IMG/VR virus record: IMGVR_UViG_3300011008_002712
Direction: 5' to 3' (one strand)
Length of the DNA stretch: 64,000 nucleotides
Source: a virus
Lineage: Duplodnaviria > Caudoviricetes
Shown: positions 1-9,535 of the stretch, piece by piece
How the letters are laid out: the number at the start of each line of letters is the position of its first letter
Numbering within the stretch: the stretch's first letter is position 1
Notes under the pieces: generated by a model
Databases searched by the model: none
The model's input: only the letters and a program-made list of their open reading frames with translations
Told to the model about the DNA's origin: nothing
Program-made: the position numbers and the translations under genes

Positions 1-998
1 AAACAAGCAAATGATATTTTAATAGAGATATCTGTATATTTTTTATCTCCTGACATGACTTCATTGACTATTTTTCCAATCTCATTATCATCAAATTGAA
101 CATCATTAACTACATCTGTTTCTGGTCTTGCAACACTAATATAATCGTTAAACCAAAATAACGAATTTACATTAGCTTTAGCCATATAAGAAATTATATT
201 TTCTGCCTCATCAAACGTTATTTCATTATCTTTCATTAATGATTTAACTCTATCAACATTTCTAACAAATGTTTTTTTGTCTATTTTAGAATGTTTTAGA
301 TCATAAAACATTTTTATAAGATACGGTACTGTCTTTTTGGTTCTAATTTGATTTGCATATTGATAAAACCTATCTGCTTCTTCTATTAAAAATTTTGCTT
401 CACTGATTTGTGAATGACCAGTTTCAGCTGCATATTTAAGCAATTTTTTTACTTGTTCTGGTTCTAATTGATATTTGAAATACAAACTTTTAATAGAAGA
501 TGTTGCAAGAATGCCATTAAATTCTTTAACATCAACCAAATCATAAAAATATTTAGCGAGATTCATTGGTTTATATTGTGGATCCAAATCTTTAACAAAC
601 TTTTTTTCATGTTTTTTCTTAAATTGACTCGCTTCTATCATTTGTTTATATCGTTCTGCCTCTCTTTTTTGTTTTTCAAGTTTTGCAAGTTTTTTTGCTT
701 CAATTTTTTCTATTTTCAGTTGCTCTTTTTTTAATTTTTCTTCTTCTTTTTGTTTTTGTATATCATTCTTTTTTTGTTGCAAAACATTTTTATACTCTTC
801 GATAGATTCATTCAAATCATTAACATTTAAAATCAAATCTTTATGATTTTCAAAAACTTCTTGAAAATCTTTATTACTTTTTTTATCTAGCTTAATTAAT
901 TCTCTTAGAAATTTGTGATGTATATCTCCAGATTTGAAATGATTGCCTAATTTAATTGGAGTCTCAAACTCGCTTTGGCATAATGGGCAAATATGCAT
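1..998 (-). CDS. Partial ORF running off the window edge; N-terminal C2H2-like zinc finger followed by a charged coiled-coil; function unknown
   Basis: Not in the ORF track. ATG at 998 overlaps the TAA of the upstream gene (TAATG). Hand translation begins MHICPLCQSEFETPIKLGNHFKSGDIHH and appears open to position 1. Confidence 0.75.
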   Translation of the reverse strand, partial: MHICPLCQSEFETPIKLGNHFKSGDIHHKFLRELIKLDKKSNKDFQEVFENHKDLILNVNDLNESIEEYKNVLQQKKNDIQKQKEEEKLKKEQLKIEKIEAKKLAKLEKQKREAERYKQMIEASQFKKKHEKKFVKDLDPQYKPMNLAKYFYDLVDVKEFNGILATSSIKSLYFKYQLEPEQVKKLLKYAAETGHSQISEAKFLIEEADRFYQYANQIRTKKTVPYLIKMFYDLKHSKIDKKTFVRNVDRVKSLMKDNEITFDEAENIISYMAKANVNSLFWFNDYISVARPETDVVNDVQFDDNEIGKIVNEVMSGDKKYTDISIKISFAC

Positions 999-1921
999 TA
1001 TTTCAACTCCTTTACAATGTTTCCATCATTATCTAACAGCAACAGCAAACTTTCGCCGTAGACAATATTATCATCAATATCTATTCTTATCCACTTATGT
1101 GAAGTAGCCAATAAATATTTAATGCATAAATTTATTAAAAATATGATTCGATGATCATCATAATGTTGTTTTTTCTCAGCCAAATGATCAATTAAAATAA
1201 GTTTCCATCCATGTTGTTTTAAAAAATATGATCTTTTCAAATCTTTTATCAAAGCATCTTGTGGTGACTCTTTCCCAATTAAAACCGAATAAAAATGACC
1301 AGAGCCATTATATTCTATTCCTATCATTTTGTCAGGAAAAGCAATGTCAATAGCTGTTTGTTCAAAAATGTAATTAATTTCACTACCAACTAATAAATGA
1401 TGAAGATGCAATTGATACCTAGACGTAGGTATCATGTTATTTTTCTTATAACGAATAAGATTTTTATTTTTTATTTTTTCTATCACAGATGGATTGGAAA
1501 ATGGATTACGGTAACCAGTTTTCTTTTCATACGTATCTGAACGAGCTCTTTGAACATTAGGATCGGCTGATACACTAGTATATCCAGTTCGATCAAAATG
1601 AGTTTTATTTTTCATTTTGGATAAAAGTTTGTTATTATCTGGATTTTCTATCTTTCCGTAATGTTCTTTAAAACGCATTTTCATTCTACATTGAGGACAA
1701 AAACTTCCTCCATACTTAATTATCTTATAGTATTCATATGAAAAATTTTTTTTACATTTATCACAAATGCATTTTACTAAGCAACTACTTGTTGGTTTTA
1801 AGTCGCTTAGAGGAACAACGAATTTCTCATGAATTTTTAGTTTTGGATATCCTAATTTCATGTAGTAATCTTGTGTCATTCCGTGCCACTTTATTTCAAA
1901 TGTTTGGTCTTGTATAATCAT
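998..1921 (-). CDS. Free-standing homing endonuclease-like protein (zinc ribbon + Vsr/DUF559-like nuclease domain)
   Basis: CICDKC...CPQC zinc ligands; C-terminal IDIAFPDKMIGIEYNGSGH motif; paralogous to three other ORFs in the window. Confidence 0.7.
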   Translation of the reverse strand: MIIQDQTFEIKWHGMTQDYYMKLGYPKLKIHEKFVVPLSDLKPTSSCLVKCICDKCKKNFSYEYYKIIKYGGSFCPQCRMKMRFKEHYGKIENPDNNKLLSKMKNKTHFDRTGYTSVSADPNVQRARSDTYEKKTGYRNPFSNPSVIEKIKNKNLIRYKKNNMIPTSRYQLHLHHLLVGSEINYIFEQTAIDIAFPDKMIGIEYNGSGHFYSVLIGKESPQDALIKDLKRSYFLKQHGWKLILIDHLAEKKQHYDDHRIIFLINLCIKYLLATSHKWIRIDIDDNIVYGESLLLLLDNDGNIVKELK

Positions 1922-3780
1922 TACACTGTCACATTAAACGTCTTAATGTCCCATTCTTCCTCTTCTTCATATAACTTTCTTCTTACTTTAGAATGCCTTT
2001 TAAAAATTGGTGTTTCATCTTCAAAATCAAAAACAAATGCTTTTGATTTTCCTGGATATATTCTTAGCACTCTTCCAACTCTTTGATATGCTCTTGTTGA
2101 AGACTTTCCTCCACCAGCCAAAATCAATGTGTCAAGTATTGGAAGATCTAATCCTTCATCAGCGATAGATGTAGCTATCAATATTCTGCATTTGTTTTGT
2201 TTTACAGCTTCCAAAACAGCTAATCTTCTACAAGAATCATCACTTCCAGATAAAAATTCTATATTAGATACTTCGTCTTGAGAAATATTTCCATTTTTAT
2301 CTTTAAAAGATATTGTCGATTTGTTTTCTCCTAGAATATGTTTTAATTTATCTAATAAAAATTCTCCATGCCTTACATATTTGATAAGAAGCAAAATGAT
2401 TCGATTTCTTTTATATAATTGATAAGCTATCTTACATATTATTTTATTACGATAATTATTATCTACTATAGCTTTATCATATAATTGCTGATATTGTTTG
2501 CCTTGAAACCTGCCTTTGACTGGAACAAAATAAATTGTTGGTTTTACCAAATATCCAAGTTGAATCAATTTGGAAGCTGTTATTGATTGATCTGGATTTC
2601 GTTTATTTAGAACGGCTTCTATTAGCATATCATCTCCAGCATCTCTCCATGGTGTTGCAGAAACACCAATTCTATAATATGCATTTGTACATTTGCAAGC
2701 TGTTTTTAAACACGTATCTGCTGCTACATGATGACAGTTACTAACTAAAACACCGTTAGCAAAAAAATTATGATTTTTTTCAACTGTTATATCATATACA
2801 TATTCTATTTTTGATGCTACTTTTGCTGCTGTAACTATTTTTCCTTCTATTGTATCAAGATTGTTATAACATACAACGTGCATATTTTTTTCAATTTGTT
2901 CAGCTCTTACATAAGATTGTGATTCTTCTACCCAAATCTTATGATTATTTGTGCATGTCAAATTAAATGTTTGATTAGAAGTTTTTATAGACAACAAATA
3001 TATATTTCGTTCGCCAATAGGTCTTTCCATAAAATTTATTATCTTACAATCTTCCAAAGAATTTGTTTTTGTATTAAACGTAATAACATTTGCTTTTAAT
3101 TTATTTTTTACTATATTCCCAATTGTCTCTGTACTTCCATCACTCATAGATATCTTTGCATTAGCTGGTAAACATTCATCAACCAAAATCATTTTTGCTT
3201 GTTTACAAAGCTCTTCATCAGCAGACTGAATAGACATAACCGTAATATCTTTTGGATTATAGATTCCATCGCCAATAAATCCAATTTCTCTACCTAAAAA
3301 TTTTTCAAATTCAGATTTAAGTTGCGTGCATAATGAAATTTTATCAGCAAAAACACACGTTGGAGAGACTTTATATTTAGCAATCAAAGCTGCCATAATA
3401 ACAGTTTTTCCAGCGCCAGTCGCTGCTTGAATTGTTTCTCTTTCTGAGCATTTATCAACAATTTCTTGTTGATATGGACGCAACTCAACTGGATTTCCGT
3501 TTATCTCTTTAACCAATTCATATTTTTCATTATTTTCTGGTTTAACTCGTTTATCTATTAGTTTGTACGGAATTCCATATTCTTTTAAAATCTCAATAGC
3601 ATTTGGAGTTAATCCAGCATATGTTTTTTTAGTTTTTCTATTGAATAGATGGCGATAGCGAACTTCTTGCACTCCAAAAACTTCTACTCTAAATGCTAAT
3701 CTTGACCATAATGTATATTCTTGTTCTTTTGTTAAACCAGTAATTTTTACATACACATTATCTAATTCTAATTTAACCAT
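1921..3780 (-). CDS. SF2 DNA helicase (UvsW/Hef-like), intein-containing
   Basis: Q motif LRPYQ, Walker A AATGAGKT, motif II DE|CHH split by an intein, motif III SATP, motif V EGLDLP, motif VI QRVGRVLR. Confidence 0.92.
   Translation of the reverse strand: MVKLELDNVYVKITGLTKEQEYTLWSRLAFRVEVFGVQEVRYRHLFNRKTKKTYAGLTPNAIEILKEYGIPYKLIDKRVKPENNEKYELVKEINGNPVELRPYQQEIVDKCSERETIQAATGAGKTVIMAALIAKYKVSPTCVFADKISLCTQLKSEFEKFLGREIGFIGDGIYNPKDITVMSIQSADEELCKQAKMILVDECLPANAKISMSDGSTETIGNIVKNKLKANVITFNTKTNSLEDCKIINFMERPIGERNIYLLSIKTSNQTFNLTCTNNHKIWVEESQSYVRAEQIEKNMHVVCYNNLDTIEGKIVTAAKVASKIEYVYDITVEKNHNFFANGVLVSNCHHVAADTCLKTACKCTNAYYRIGVSATPWRDAGDDMLIEAVLNKRNPDQSITASKLIQLGYLVKPTIYFVPVKGRFQGKQYQQLYDKAIVDNNYRNKIICKIAYQLYKRNRIILLLIKYVRHGEFLLDKLKHILGENKSTISFKDKNGNISQDEVSNIEFLSGSDDSCRRLAVLEAVKQNKCRILIATSIADEGLDLPILDTLILAGGGKSSTRAYQRVGRVLRIYPGKSKAFVFDFEDETPIFKRHSKVRRKLYEEEEEWDIKTFNVTV
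2737..3174 (-). mobile_element. Mini-intein (146 aa, no endonuclease domain) in helicase motif II
   Basis: Starts CLPANAKISMSDG, block B TCTNNHKIW, block F/G VYDITVEKNHNFFANGVLVSN followed by +1 Cys; removal restores VDECHH. Confidence 0.93.
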
Positions 3781-3792
3781 ACAGCACCTCTA

Positions 3793-4212
3793 TTACGTGT
3801 AATACATTGGTTTTTCTCTTGTGCGTTGTGTATTTGTAATATTAATTTGTAATTCTAAATAATTTTTAATTTTTTCTAAGTTATCTCTATCAATAGTATT
3901 GTATGACCAATCTTTATTCAAAACATTAGAAATTACTTCATATAATTCTTCTTTTGTATATTTTCTTCTTGTATGCATTTCATCGTCAGCATATTCTTCA
4001 TTTTTTGCATATTTTTTTACTTTTGGAATTAATCCTTCTGCTTCCCATCTTCGAATAGTAGATGTCTTTTTATTAAAAATATTAGCAACATCTGTAATAG
4101 TAAAAAGATCATCATCTAATATTTTTTGATATAGCCTTTGTTCTTTTTTCTTTGCATATTGTTCTTTCCAACGTTTTTTTTGTTCTTCTTTAGACATTGC
4201 CATAAAAATCAC
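3793..4212 (-). CDS. MerR-type helix-turn-helix DNA-binding protein
   Basis: FTITDVANIFNKKTSTIRRWEAEGLIP...RRKYT matches the MerR HTH pattern. Confidence 0.75.
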   Translation of the reverse strand: MIFMAMSKEEQKKRWKEQYAKKKEQRLYQKILDDDLFTITDVANIFNKKTSTIRRWEAEGLIPKVKKYAKNEEYADDEMHTRRKYTKEELYEVISNVLNKDWSYNTIDRDNLEKIKNYLELQINITNTQRTREKPMYYT

Positions 4213-4264
4213 CTCTAATAAATTTTATTAACAAATTTTGTTTTCTGTATAAGAAAAATAAAAA

Positions 4265-4294
4265 AATGCATTAAGATAATTATCTTAATGCATT
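4265..4294 (-). terminator. Probable intrinsic terminator; perfect 30-bp palindrome
   Basis: aatgcattaagataa|ttatcttaatgcatt, followed by a T-run on the minus strand, just after the stop at 4300. Confidence 0.7.
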
Positions 4295-4299
4295 GTTAT

Positions 4300-4503
4300 T
4301 CATTTATCATTATATCCTTCTATACAAGATTCTTTTAATGAATCAAACAATTTTTCTGGAGATATGTTCATTCTTTTCGCTAAGTGCACAATACCAAGAC
4401 CAAGTAATACGCTACATTCAAAATCATCTCCAATTGTATTATATGAAATATAATTGTCGTATGTTTGTCCTATGCCAATTATGTTTTTATAGTCATTCCA
4501 CAT
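4300..4503 (-). CDS. Hypothetical protein (ORF track start 4554; ATG at 4503 more plausible)
   Basis: Short overlap with the upstream gene if started at MWNDYK; no recognisable motif. Confidence 0.5.
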   Translation of the reverse strand: MWNDYKNIIGIGQTYDNYISYNTIGDDFECSVLLGLGIVHLAKRMNISPEKLFDSLKESCIEGYNDK

Positions 4504-4780
4504 ATTGCTTTGCCTTTTCAAAAAAATCATTAAATGCTTTTTGAAAAACTTCAATTTCTTCTATTGTTTCTACATATAATGAAAATCCATTTTTTGTTGG
4601 ACCTTCGTATGTATCTGTTTTTGTAAATTGGCGCATTGATAAATATTTAGATCCACTACGTTTGTTTTCTTGTAACGCAAAATCTATATATGTATCTGGG
4701 TTTTGTTGAAGTCTTGATTCAACAATCTTATTTATGTTTTGAGAAAAATCTCTTTTTTTCTTTTCTGCCAAAATAATCAC
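4493..4780 (-). CDS. PC4/YdbC-like single-stranded DNA-binding protein
   Basis: YLSMRQF....YEGPTKNGFSL resembles the PC4 'D.R.w...PT.KG.sl' pattern; size fits. Confidence 0.65.
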   Translation of the reverse strand: MIILAEKKKRDFSQNINKIVESRLQQNPDTYIDFALQENKRSGSKYLSMRQFTKTDTYEGPTKNGFSLYVETIEEIEVFQKAFNDFFEKAKQYVE

Positions 4781-4968
4781 TCCGTTTCGTCTTTTTCGGC
4801 CAACTCTAATGCAGATTCTTTAATGTTTGTATAACTAACCTTACCATTGTCAATGAAAAAAGTATTATCATCAAAAACTTGCGTAATTTGATATATAGAA
4901 TCATCAAATGGATGTTGTTTAAATTTTACTTTATCGTGGACTCTAAATGCATGTTTCAACCGTTTCAT
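4777..4968 (-). CDS. Small hypothetical protein, possibly SH3/KOW-like beta barrel
   Basis: FRVHDKVKF...YQIT pattern; AGGAG RBS; 4-nt overlap with the next gene. Confidence 0.55.
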   Translation of the reverse strand: MKRLKHAFRVHDKVKFKQHPFDDSIYQITQVFDDNTFFIDNGKVSYTNIKESALELAEKDETE

Positions 4969-4980
4969 ATGCGTTCTCCT

Positions 4981-6624
4981 TTATGAAAGACCGGTAATAA
5001 TTCCATTATTGTCAATATCAATTTTTTCTGCAGCTGGATGTTTTGGCAATCCTGGCATTGTCATGATATCTCCTGTCAAAGCCACCACAATTTTAGCACC
5101 ATGATATACACGTAATTCTCTTACTGTAATATTGAAATCTTTAGGCCGGCCAAGAAGTTTTGGATTGTCACTAAGTGAGTATTGTGTTTTTGCTATGCAC
5201 ACATAATAACTTCCATTCCAGTCATTCAATTGTTTTTGAGCAAGAGGTGTGTAAATAACTTCATTGGCTCCGTAAATTTCTTTTGCTATTATTTCAATCT
5301 TATTTTTAATGCCATTAAAACGATCATAAATTGGACTAAAATTATTACTACGTTCACAAAGAGACATAACTTTTTCAGCTAGTTGCAATCCACCTTCAGA
5401 ACCATTTGCAAAAACTTCAGAAACAGCAAATTCAACATTCATTTCTTTACATAAATTTTCAACACAAAAAATTTCATCTAAATTGTCATCTTCAAAAACA
5501 TTTAGTGCAACAACGATAGGAAGACCAAATTTCTTTATATTGATGATGTGTTTCTTAAGGTTCTGCATACCATCATTAAGAAGTTGTATCTTATTTTTAA
5601 TAGAAGGGTCACCGTGCATTTTTAATGCTCTTATTGTAGCAACTATTACAACTGCGTTAGGATGTAATCCAGCAGCCTGACATTTAATATCAAAAAACTT
5701 TTCAGCTCCCAAATCGGCGCCAAATCCAGCTTCTGTCACTACATAATCAGATAATTTTAACGCAAACTTAGTAGCTCGGATAGAATTTGTACCCAACGAA
5801 ATATTTGCAAACGGGCCGCAATGAATAAATGTTGGAGTATGTTCAAGAGTTTGAACCAAATTAGGTTTAATAGCATCTTTCAGCAAAGTGGTCAGTGCTC
5901 CAGCGCAATTTAGTTGTTCTACGTGAACAGGCTGATCATTATACGTATAACCAACTAAAATTTGATTAATACGAGATTTTAAATCATTAATGCTTTGACT
6001 TAGCACTAAAATAGTCATAATCTCAGAAGCAACGGTTATGTCAAATCCAGATTCTCTTGGTACTCCATGAGCCTTTCCACCAAGCCCCGTCACAATATGT
6101 CTTAAAGACCTATCGTTGATATCCAAAACTCTTTTCCAAGTTACTCTTCGTGGATCTATATTGAGTTGATTTCCCTGATGGATATGATTGTCTATAATAG
6201 CTGCAAGAAGATTATGAGCAGATGTAATAGCATGAAAATCTCCTGTAAAATGGAGATTAATATCCTCCATCGGAACAACCTGCGCATAACCACCGCCACA
6301 TGCTCCACCTTTAATACCAAAACATGGACCGAGTGACGGTTCACGTAAAGTTAAAATAACTTTCTTTTTCAATTTATGCAATGCATCAGCCAATCCTACA
6401 CTTGTTGTTGTTTTACCTTCTCCTGCCGGCGTAGGATTAATAGCTGTAACCAAAATCAGTTTTCCGTCTTCATTATCTTTGATCTTATCCCAAACATGAG
6501 AAGAAATCTTCGCTTTATATCTACCGTATTGCTCAATATCGTTTTTAGACAATCCAATACTAGAAGCTATTTCTTCAATGTCTTGCATTCTGCTTTCTTG
6601 AGCAATTTCAATGTCACTCTTCAT
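4981..6624 (-). CDS. fhs: Formate--tetrahydrofolate ligase (FTHFS)
   Basis: MKSDIEIAQ start behind a GAGGTG RBS; [71 protein letters not shown] motifs. Confidence 0.97.
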   Translation of the reverse strand: MKSDIEIAQESRMQDIEEIASSIGLSKNDIEQYGRYKAKISSHVWDKIKDNEDGKLILVTAINPTPAGEGKTTTSVGLADALHKLKKKVILTLREPSLGPCFGIKGGACGGGYAQVVPMEDINLHFTGDFHAITSAHNLLAAIIDNHIHQGNQLNIDPRRVTWKRVLDINDRSLRHIVTGLGGKAHGVPRESGFDITVASEIMTILVLSQSINDLKSRINQILVGYTYNDQPVHVEQLNCAGALTTLLKDAIKPNLVQTLEHTPTFIHCGPFANISLGTNSIRATKFALKLSDYVVTEAGFGADLGAEKFFDIKCQAAGLHPNAVVIVATIRALKMHGDPSIKNKIQLLNDGMQNLKKHIINIKKFGLPIVVALNVFEDDNLDEIFCVENLCKEMNVEFAVSEVFANGSEGGLQLAEKVMSLCERSNNFSPIYDRFNGIKNKIEIIAKEIYGANEVIYTPLAQKQLNDWNGSYYVCIAKTQYSLSDNPKLLGRPKDFNITVRELRVYHGAKIVVALTGDIMTMPGLPKHPAAEKIDIDNNGIITGLS

Positions 6625-7203
6625 CTTTTGCCACCTCACAAAATAAAATAGGCTCTCTATCTCCAGAATTATAGTACAACATTTTTAACATATCGATGTC
6701 ACTTAGCTGAAAAATATCGTTTTCATTGTATAAGACTCTATATACTTTTTCTACAAATTCTTTTGTTTGAGGATGCATAAGCCTTATATGTTCTTTATCC
6801 TTTTGCCATCGTTTGTATTGATCTTCAAATGTACAATCTTTTCCAAGATATGCCATTGCTGCACTATTCTATCACATATCATCTCTAATGCATCATAAAA
6901 AGGCATTGAATAAATCCAAATTCCATTGTTTGCGCATTCAATCCAATATTCGTAATGATGACTATTAAATTTTTGATGATGTCTCCAACAATTACAAAAA
7001 CCATGTTTTTCTTTTATGCGATCGATGGGAGACCTTGTCCCGCAGTAATTATTTGCTGATTCAACAAATTCATCAAACGAAAACTTACTTAAATCGTGTT
7101 TAATTCCCCTTAGATAGAGGCCTGCAATGAAACAAATTTTCCCCACATAATATTTGTGAATTAAAATTTTTTTTAAATGTTGTTTAAAGTTATTAAAATT
7201 CAA
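6614..7203 (-). pseudogene. HD-superfamily/DUF5662-like gene split by a 1-nt frameshift near 6863
   Basis: HDLSKF, HH...N.HHYEYW, MP...ALEMICD in the first frame; the continuation AAMAYLGK...MHPQT is in the overlapping frame (ATA GT GCA GCA ATG). Confidence 0.65.
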
Positions 7204-7289
7204 TACTCATCGTCTCCAAATTATTTTATAAAAAAAATCATAATGTATAAAAAATGAATTAAAATTTTTAAATTATTTAAAACGTATCA

Positions 7290-7360
7290 TTTTTTACTTT
7301 ATTTTTTCAGTATAACTGAAAGGTAACATTTTCAGAACCTACGTCTTGGAAGACGATTTT
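7290..7360 (-). ncRNA. Candidate omegaRNA 3' scaffold of the IS607 TnpB
   Basis: Hairpins directly after the tnpB stop: CGTCTT-cc-AAGACG (7342-7355), AGGT..ACCT (7321-7340), TTCAGT-tat-ACTGAA (7306-7320). Confidence 0.45.
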
Positions 7361-8681
7361 AATAAATATTCGAATAATAATTATTAATTATGTTTTTAGT
7401 TTCGTCTAAAGTCAATTCTTTAGTATCAAAACATTGTTTTTCTCTTTTAGTAGTCATTTTTTGCCGTAGAACCTCTACAGTAATTCTATTTTTAATATTT
7501 AAAGCTGCATTTATATCTGCATCCATTTCATGTCCGCAGCATAAACATTTGAAATGAGATTGGGTTAATCTATTTTCGCTAGCTATATGTCCACACACTG
7601 GACATCCCTTAGATGTATATGCTGCTGGAACCAAACTAACCAAAAAACCATATTTCTTGCCTAAAGCTACAGCTACATTTTTTATATCAAATAGATGCAA
7701 AATGTGCATTAACTCATTGTGGTTTATATCATTATATTTGCTTTTTATGTATTTTTTTCCATAAAATGGAGACAAATCTTCAAATACTAAATGATTATAT
7801 CCCATAACTTTAGCATATCTGAAAAGCTCTAAAAGCTTTGAAATAATATGCCATTTAGCTCTATTCATGTCTTTTTTGTCTATCTTTTTCTGTTTTTTGC
7901 CGTGTTCTTGGTTCAATCCTCTCCTTTGCTTTGTTTCAGCTATTCTTCTATTTTTTAAATCATTATTTATTAGTTTTGTTACTATTTTTTTGTTATGAGT
8001 TATAGTATGTCCATCGCTGCAAGCAAATAGATTTCTAGATACATTGACATCTATTCCTAAAATTTTTTCTTTTTCATATTCTAATTCATAATATTCATCA
8101 TTTTCTTCTGTAATAGAAATTTTTATAATATTGCTTGCTTCATCTATTGTAAGTCTATATGCTTTTTGATATTGACATTGATTAGGACCAGTCTTAGAAT
8201 AATGTATATCATCTAAATTTCCATGATATTTTTTAGAATATTTGAATGGTATAGCAATGCATTCTTGTTTTGGGATATTAAAATTAATGATGCCATTAGT
8301 ATGTATATTATTTGATTGTACAAACATTGGCTTTTTACATAAATTTATGCCAATAAAAGATAATTTTTTAAATGTTACGATACATTTAGGAGGTTTCTTT
8401 TTGAAATATTTACTCCATACATCAAAACATGCTTGCTGAAAAATTGAAGAAGGAATGTCAAAAACTTCATGAATTTTATCATTTTGCATTTCTTTCCAAA
8501 AATCATATTTTGATATCTTTCTTTTGAAATGATAAAAAGCATAATAAAATGCAGATAAATAATTCTTGCATTCTACAACTTTTTCAGCAAATGATTTTAT
8601 TGCTTCATATTTTTCTTTATTTAAGTCTTTACTTACAAAACATATGCCTTTAGGATGTATAATATCATGCTTCTTCTTCAA
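7359..8681 (-). CDS. tnpB: TnpB RNA-guided endonuclease (IS607-associated)
   Basis: RuvC-I GIDVN, RuvC-II VFEDL, zinc finger CPVC...CLCC, RuvC-III DADINAALNI; all catalytic residues present. Confidence 0.92.
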   Translation of the reverse strand: MKKKHDIIHPKGICFVSKDLNKEKYEAIKSFAEKVVECKNYLSAFYYAFYHFKRKISKYDFWKEMQNDKIHEVFDIPSSIFQQACFDVWSKYFKKKPPKCIVTFKKLSFIGINLCKKPMFVQSNNIHTNGIINFNIPKQECIAIPFKYSKKYHGNLDDIHYSKTGPNQCQYQKAYRLTIDEASNIIKISITEENDEYYELEYEKEKILGIDVNVSRNLFACSDGHTITHNKKIVTKLINNDLKNRRIAETKQRRGLNQEHGKKQKKIDKKDMNRAKWHIISKLLELFRYAKVMGYNHLVFEDLSPFYGKKYIKSKYNDINHNELMHILHLFDIKNVAVALGKKYGFLVSLVPAAYTSKGCPVCGHIASENRLTQSHFKCLCCGHEMDADINAALNIKNRITVEVLRQKMTTKREKQCFDTKELTLDETKNIINNYYSNIY

Positions 8682-9285
8682 GTTTTTTTGTCACCTCTTT
8701 TAATTGTTTTCTTCTATTACTATGCATTTTCATTGAAAAATTGTTTATAATAGCAATTAAATCTTCAGTTAATTCTTTTTGAAAATTTTCTTCATTAATT
8801 TGATTTTCTAATACTACTATCTCAACATTGAAATGTTTGCATATATTATTGAAATATTCGAATCCAAATCTTGTAAATCTATCTTTATATGTAATAAAGA
8901 TTTTATTGATTTTTTTATCAAGAATTAATTTCATTAATTCATTAAATTCTTTTCTATTTTCATTCATTCCAGATGCTATTTCTGAAAATATTTTGTCTAT
9001 GATGATTCCATGAGAATTACAATAATTAATTAAAATTTGTTTTTGAGTTTCTAAATCTTTTTGTTGTTTAGTATTTGATACCCTGCAATATATAACATTC
9101 ATTTTATCATATTGTTTTTGTATATGTAAAAGTTTTTCTATATCATCCTTTGAATATACAAATTTTCTTGGGCTAAGAGCTGTATATTGTATTCTGCCTT
9201 CTTTTCTCCAATGATATAGTGTTGCTGGAGAAATTCTAAATAATTCTCTTACTTCTTTTGCTGTTAAAAAACCATTTAAATCCAT
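8665..9285 (-). CDS. tnpA: IS607-family serine recombinase transposase
   Basis: N-terminal MerR-like HTH, catalytic YCRVS, EIASGMNENR, YKDRFTRFG, ELTEDLIAII. Confidence 0.93.
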   Translation of the reverse strand: MDLNGFLTAKEVRELFRISPATLYHWRKEGRIQYTALSPRKFVYSKDDIEKLLHIQKQYDKMNVIYCRVSNTKQQKDLETQKQILINYCNSHGIIIDKIFSEIASGMNENRKEFNELMKLILDKKINKIFITYKDRFTRFGFEYFNNICKHFNVEIVVLENQINEENFQKELTEDLIAIINNFSMKMHSNRRKQLKEVTKKLEEEA

Positions 9286-9485
9286 ATAAAATTTCCCTTC
9301 AATTATAAAATAAACATTTTACTATTAACTATATATTCAAAATAAGAAAAATTATAACTTAAATGTATTTTTAATTCAGATTTTATAATAAATTTTATTT
9401 TTTATCTCTAAAAAGAGCATTTTACAATTCAAAAAAAATTATTCAAAAACGATTAACAACATTTTTAATTATATTTCTAAAAGAA

Positions 9486-9511
9486 AAGATAGACTTTTAT
9501 AAGCCTATCTT
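9486..9511 (-). terminator. Intrinsic terminator
   Basis: Minus strand aagataggctt-ataa-aagtctatctt followed by ttctttt, 25 nt after the stop at 9536. Confidence 0.65.
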
Positions 9512-9535
9512 ATCATAAAATCTATAAATTGTACA

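Larger units (their letters stand above)
7290..9400 (-). mobile_element. IS607-family element (tnpA + tnpB); ends approximate
   Basis: Overlapping serine-recombinase tnpA and tnpB genes; structured 3' region; exact ends not determined. Confidence 0.85.

Noticed and set aside
7275-7300. IS607 downstream sequence (tgatacgttttaaat, minus strand) similar to the solo tnpB promoter region (tcatacgtttaaat, ~56413-56426), suggesting cross-targeting
   Set aside because: Short, gapped, AT-rich match and the guide boundary is unknown; compatible with chance
9286-9535. Group I intron upstream of IS607 tnpA (IStron)
   Set aside because: The interval is short and extremely AT-rich with no recognisable intron core, and the element is intergenic
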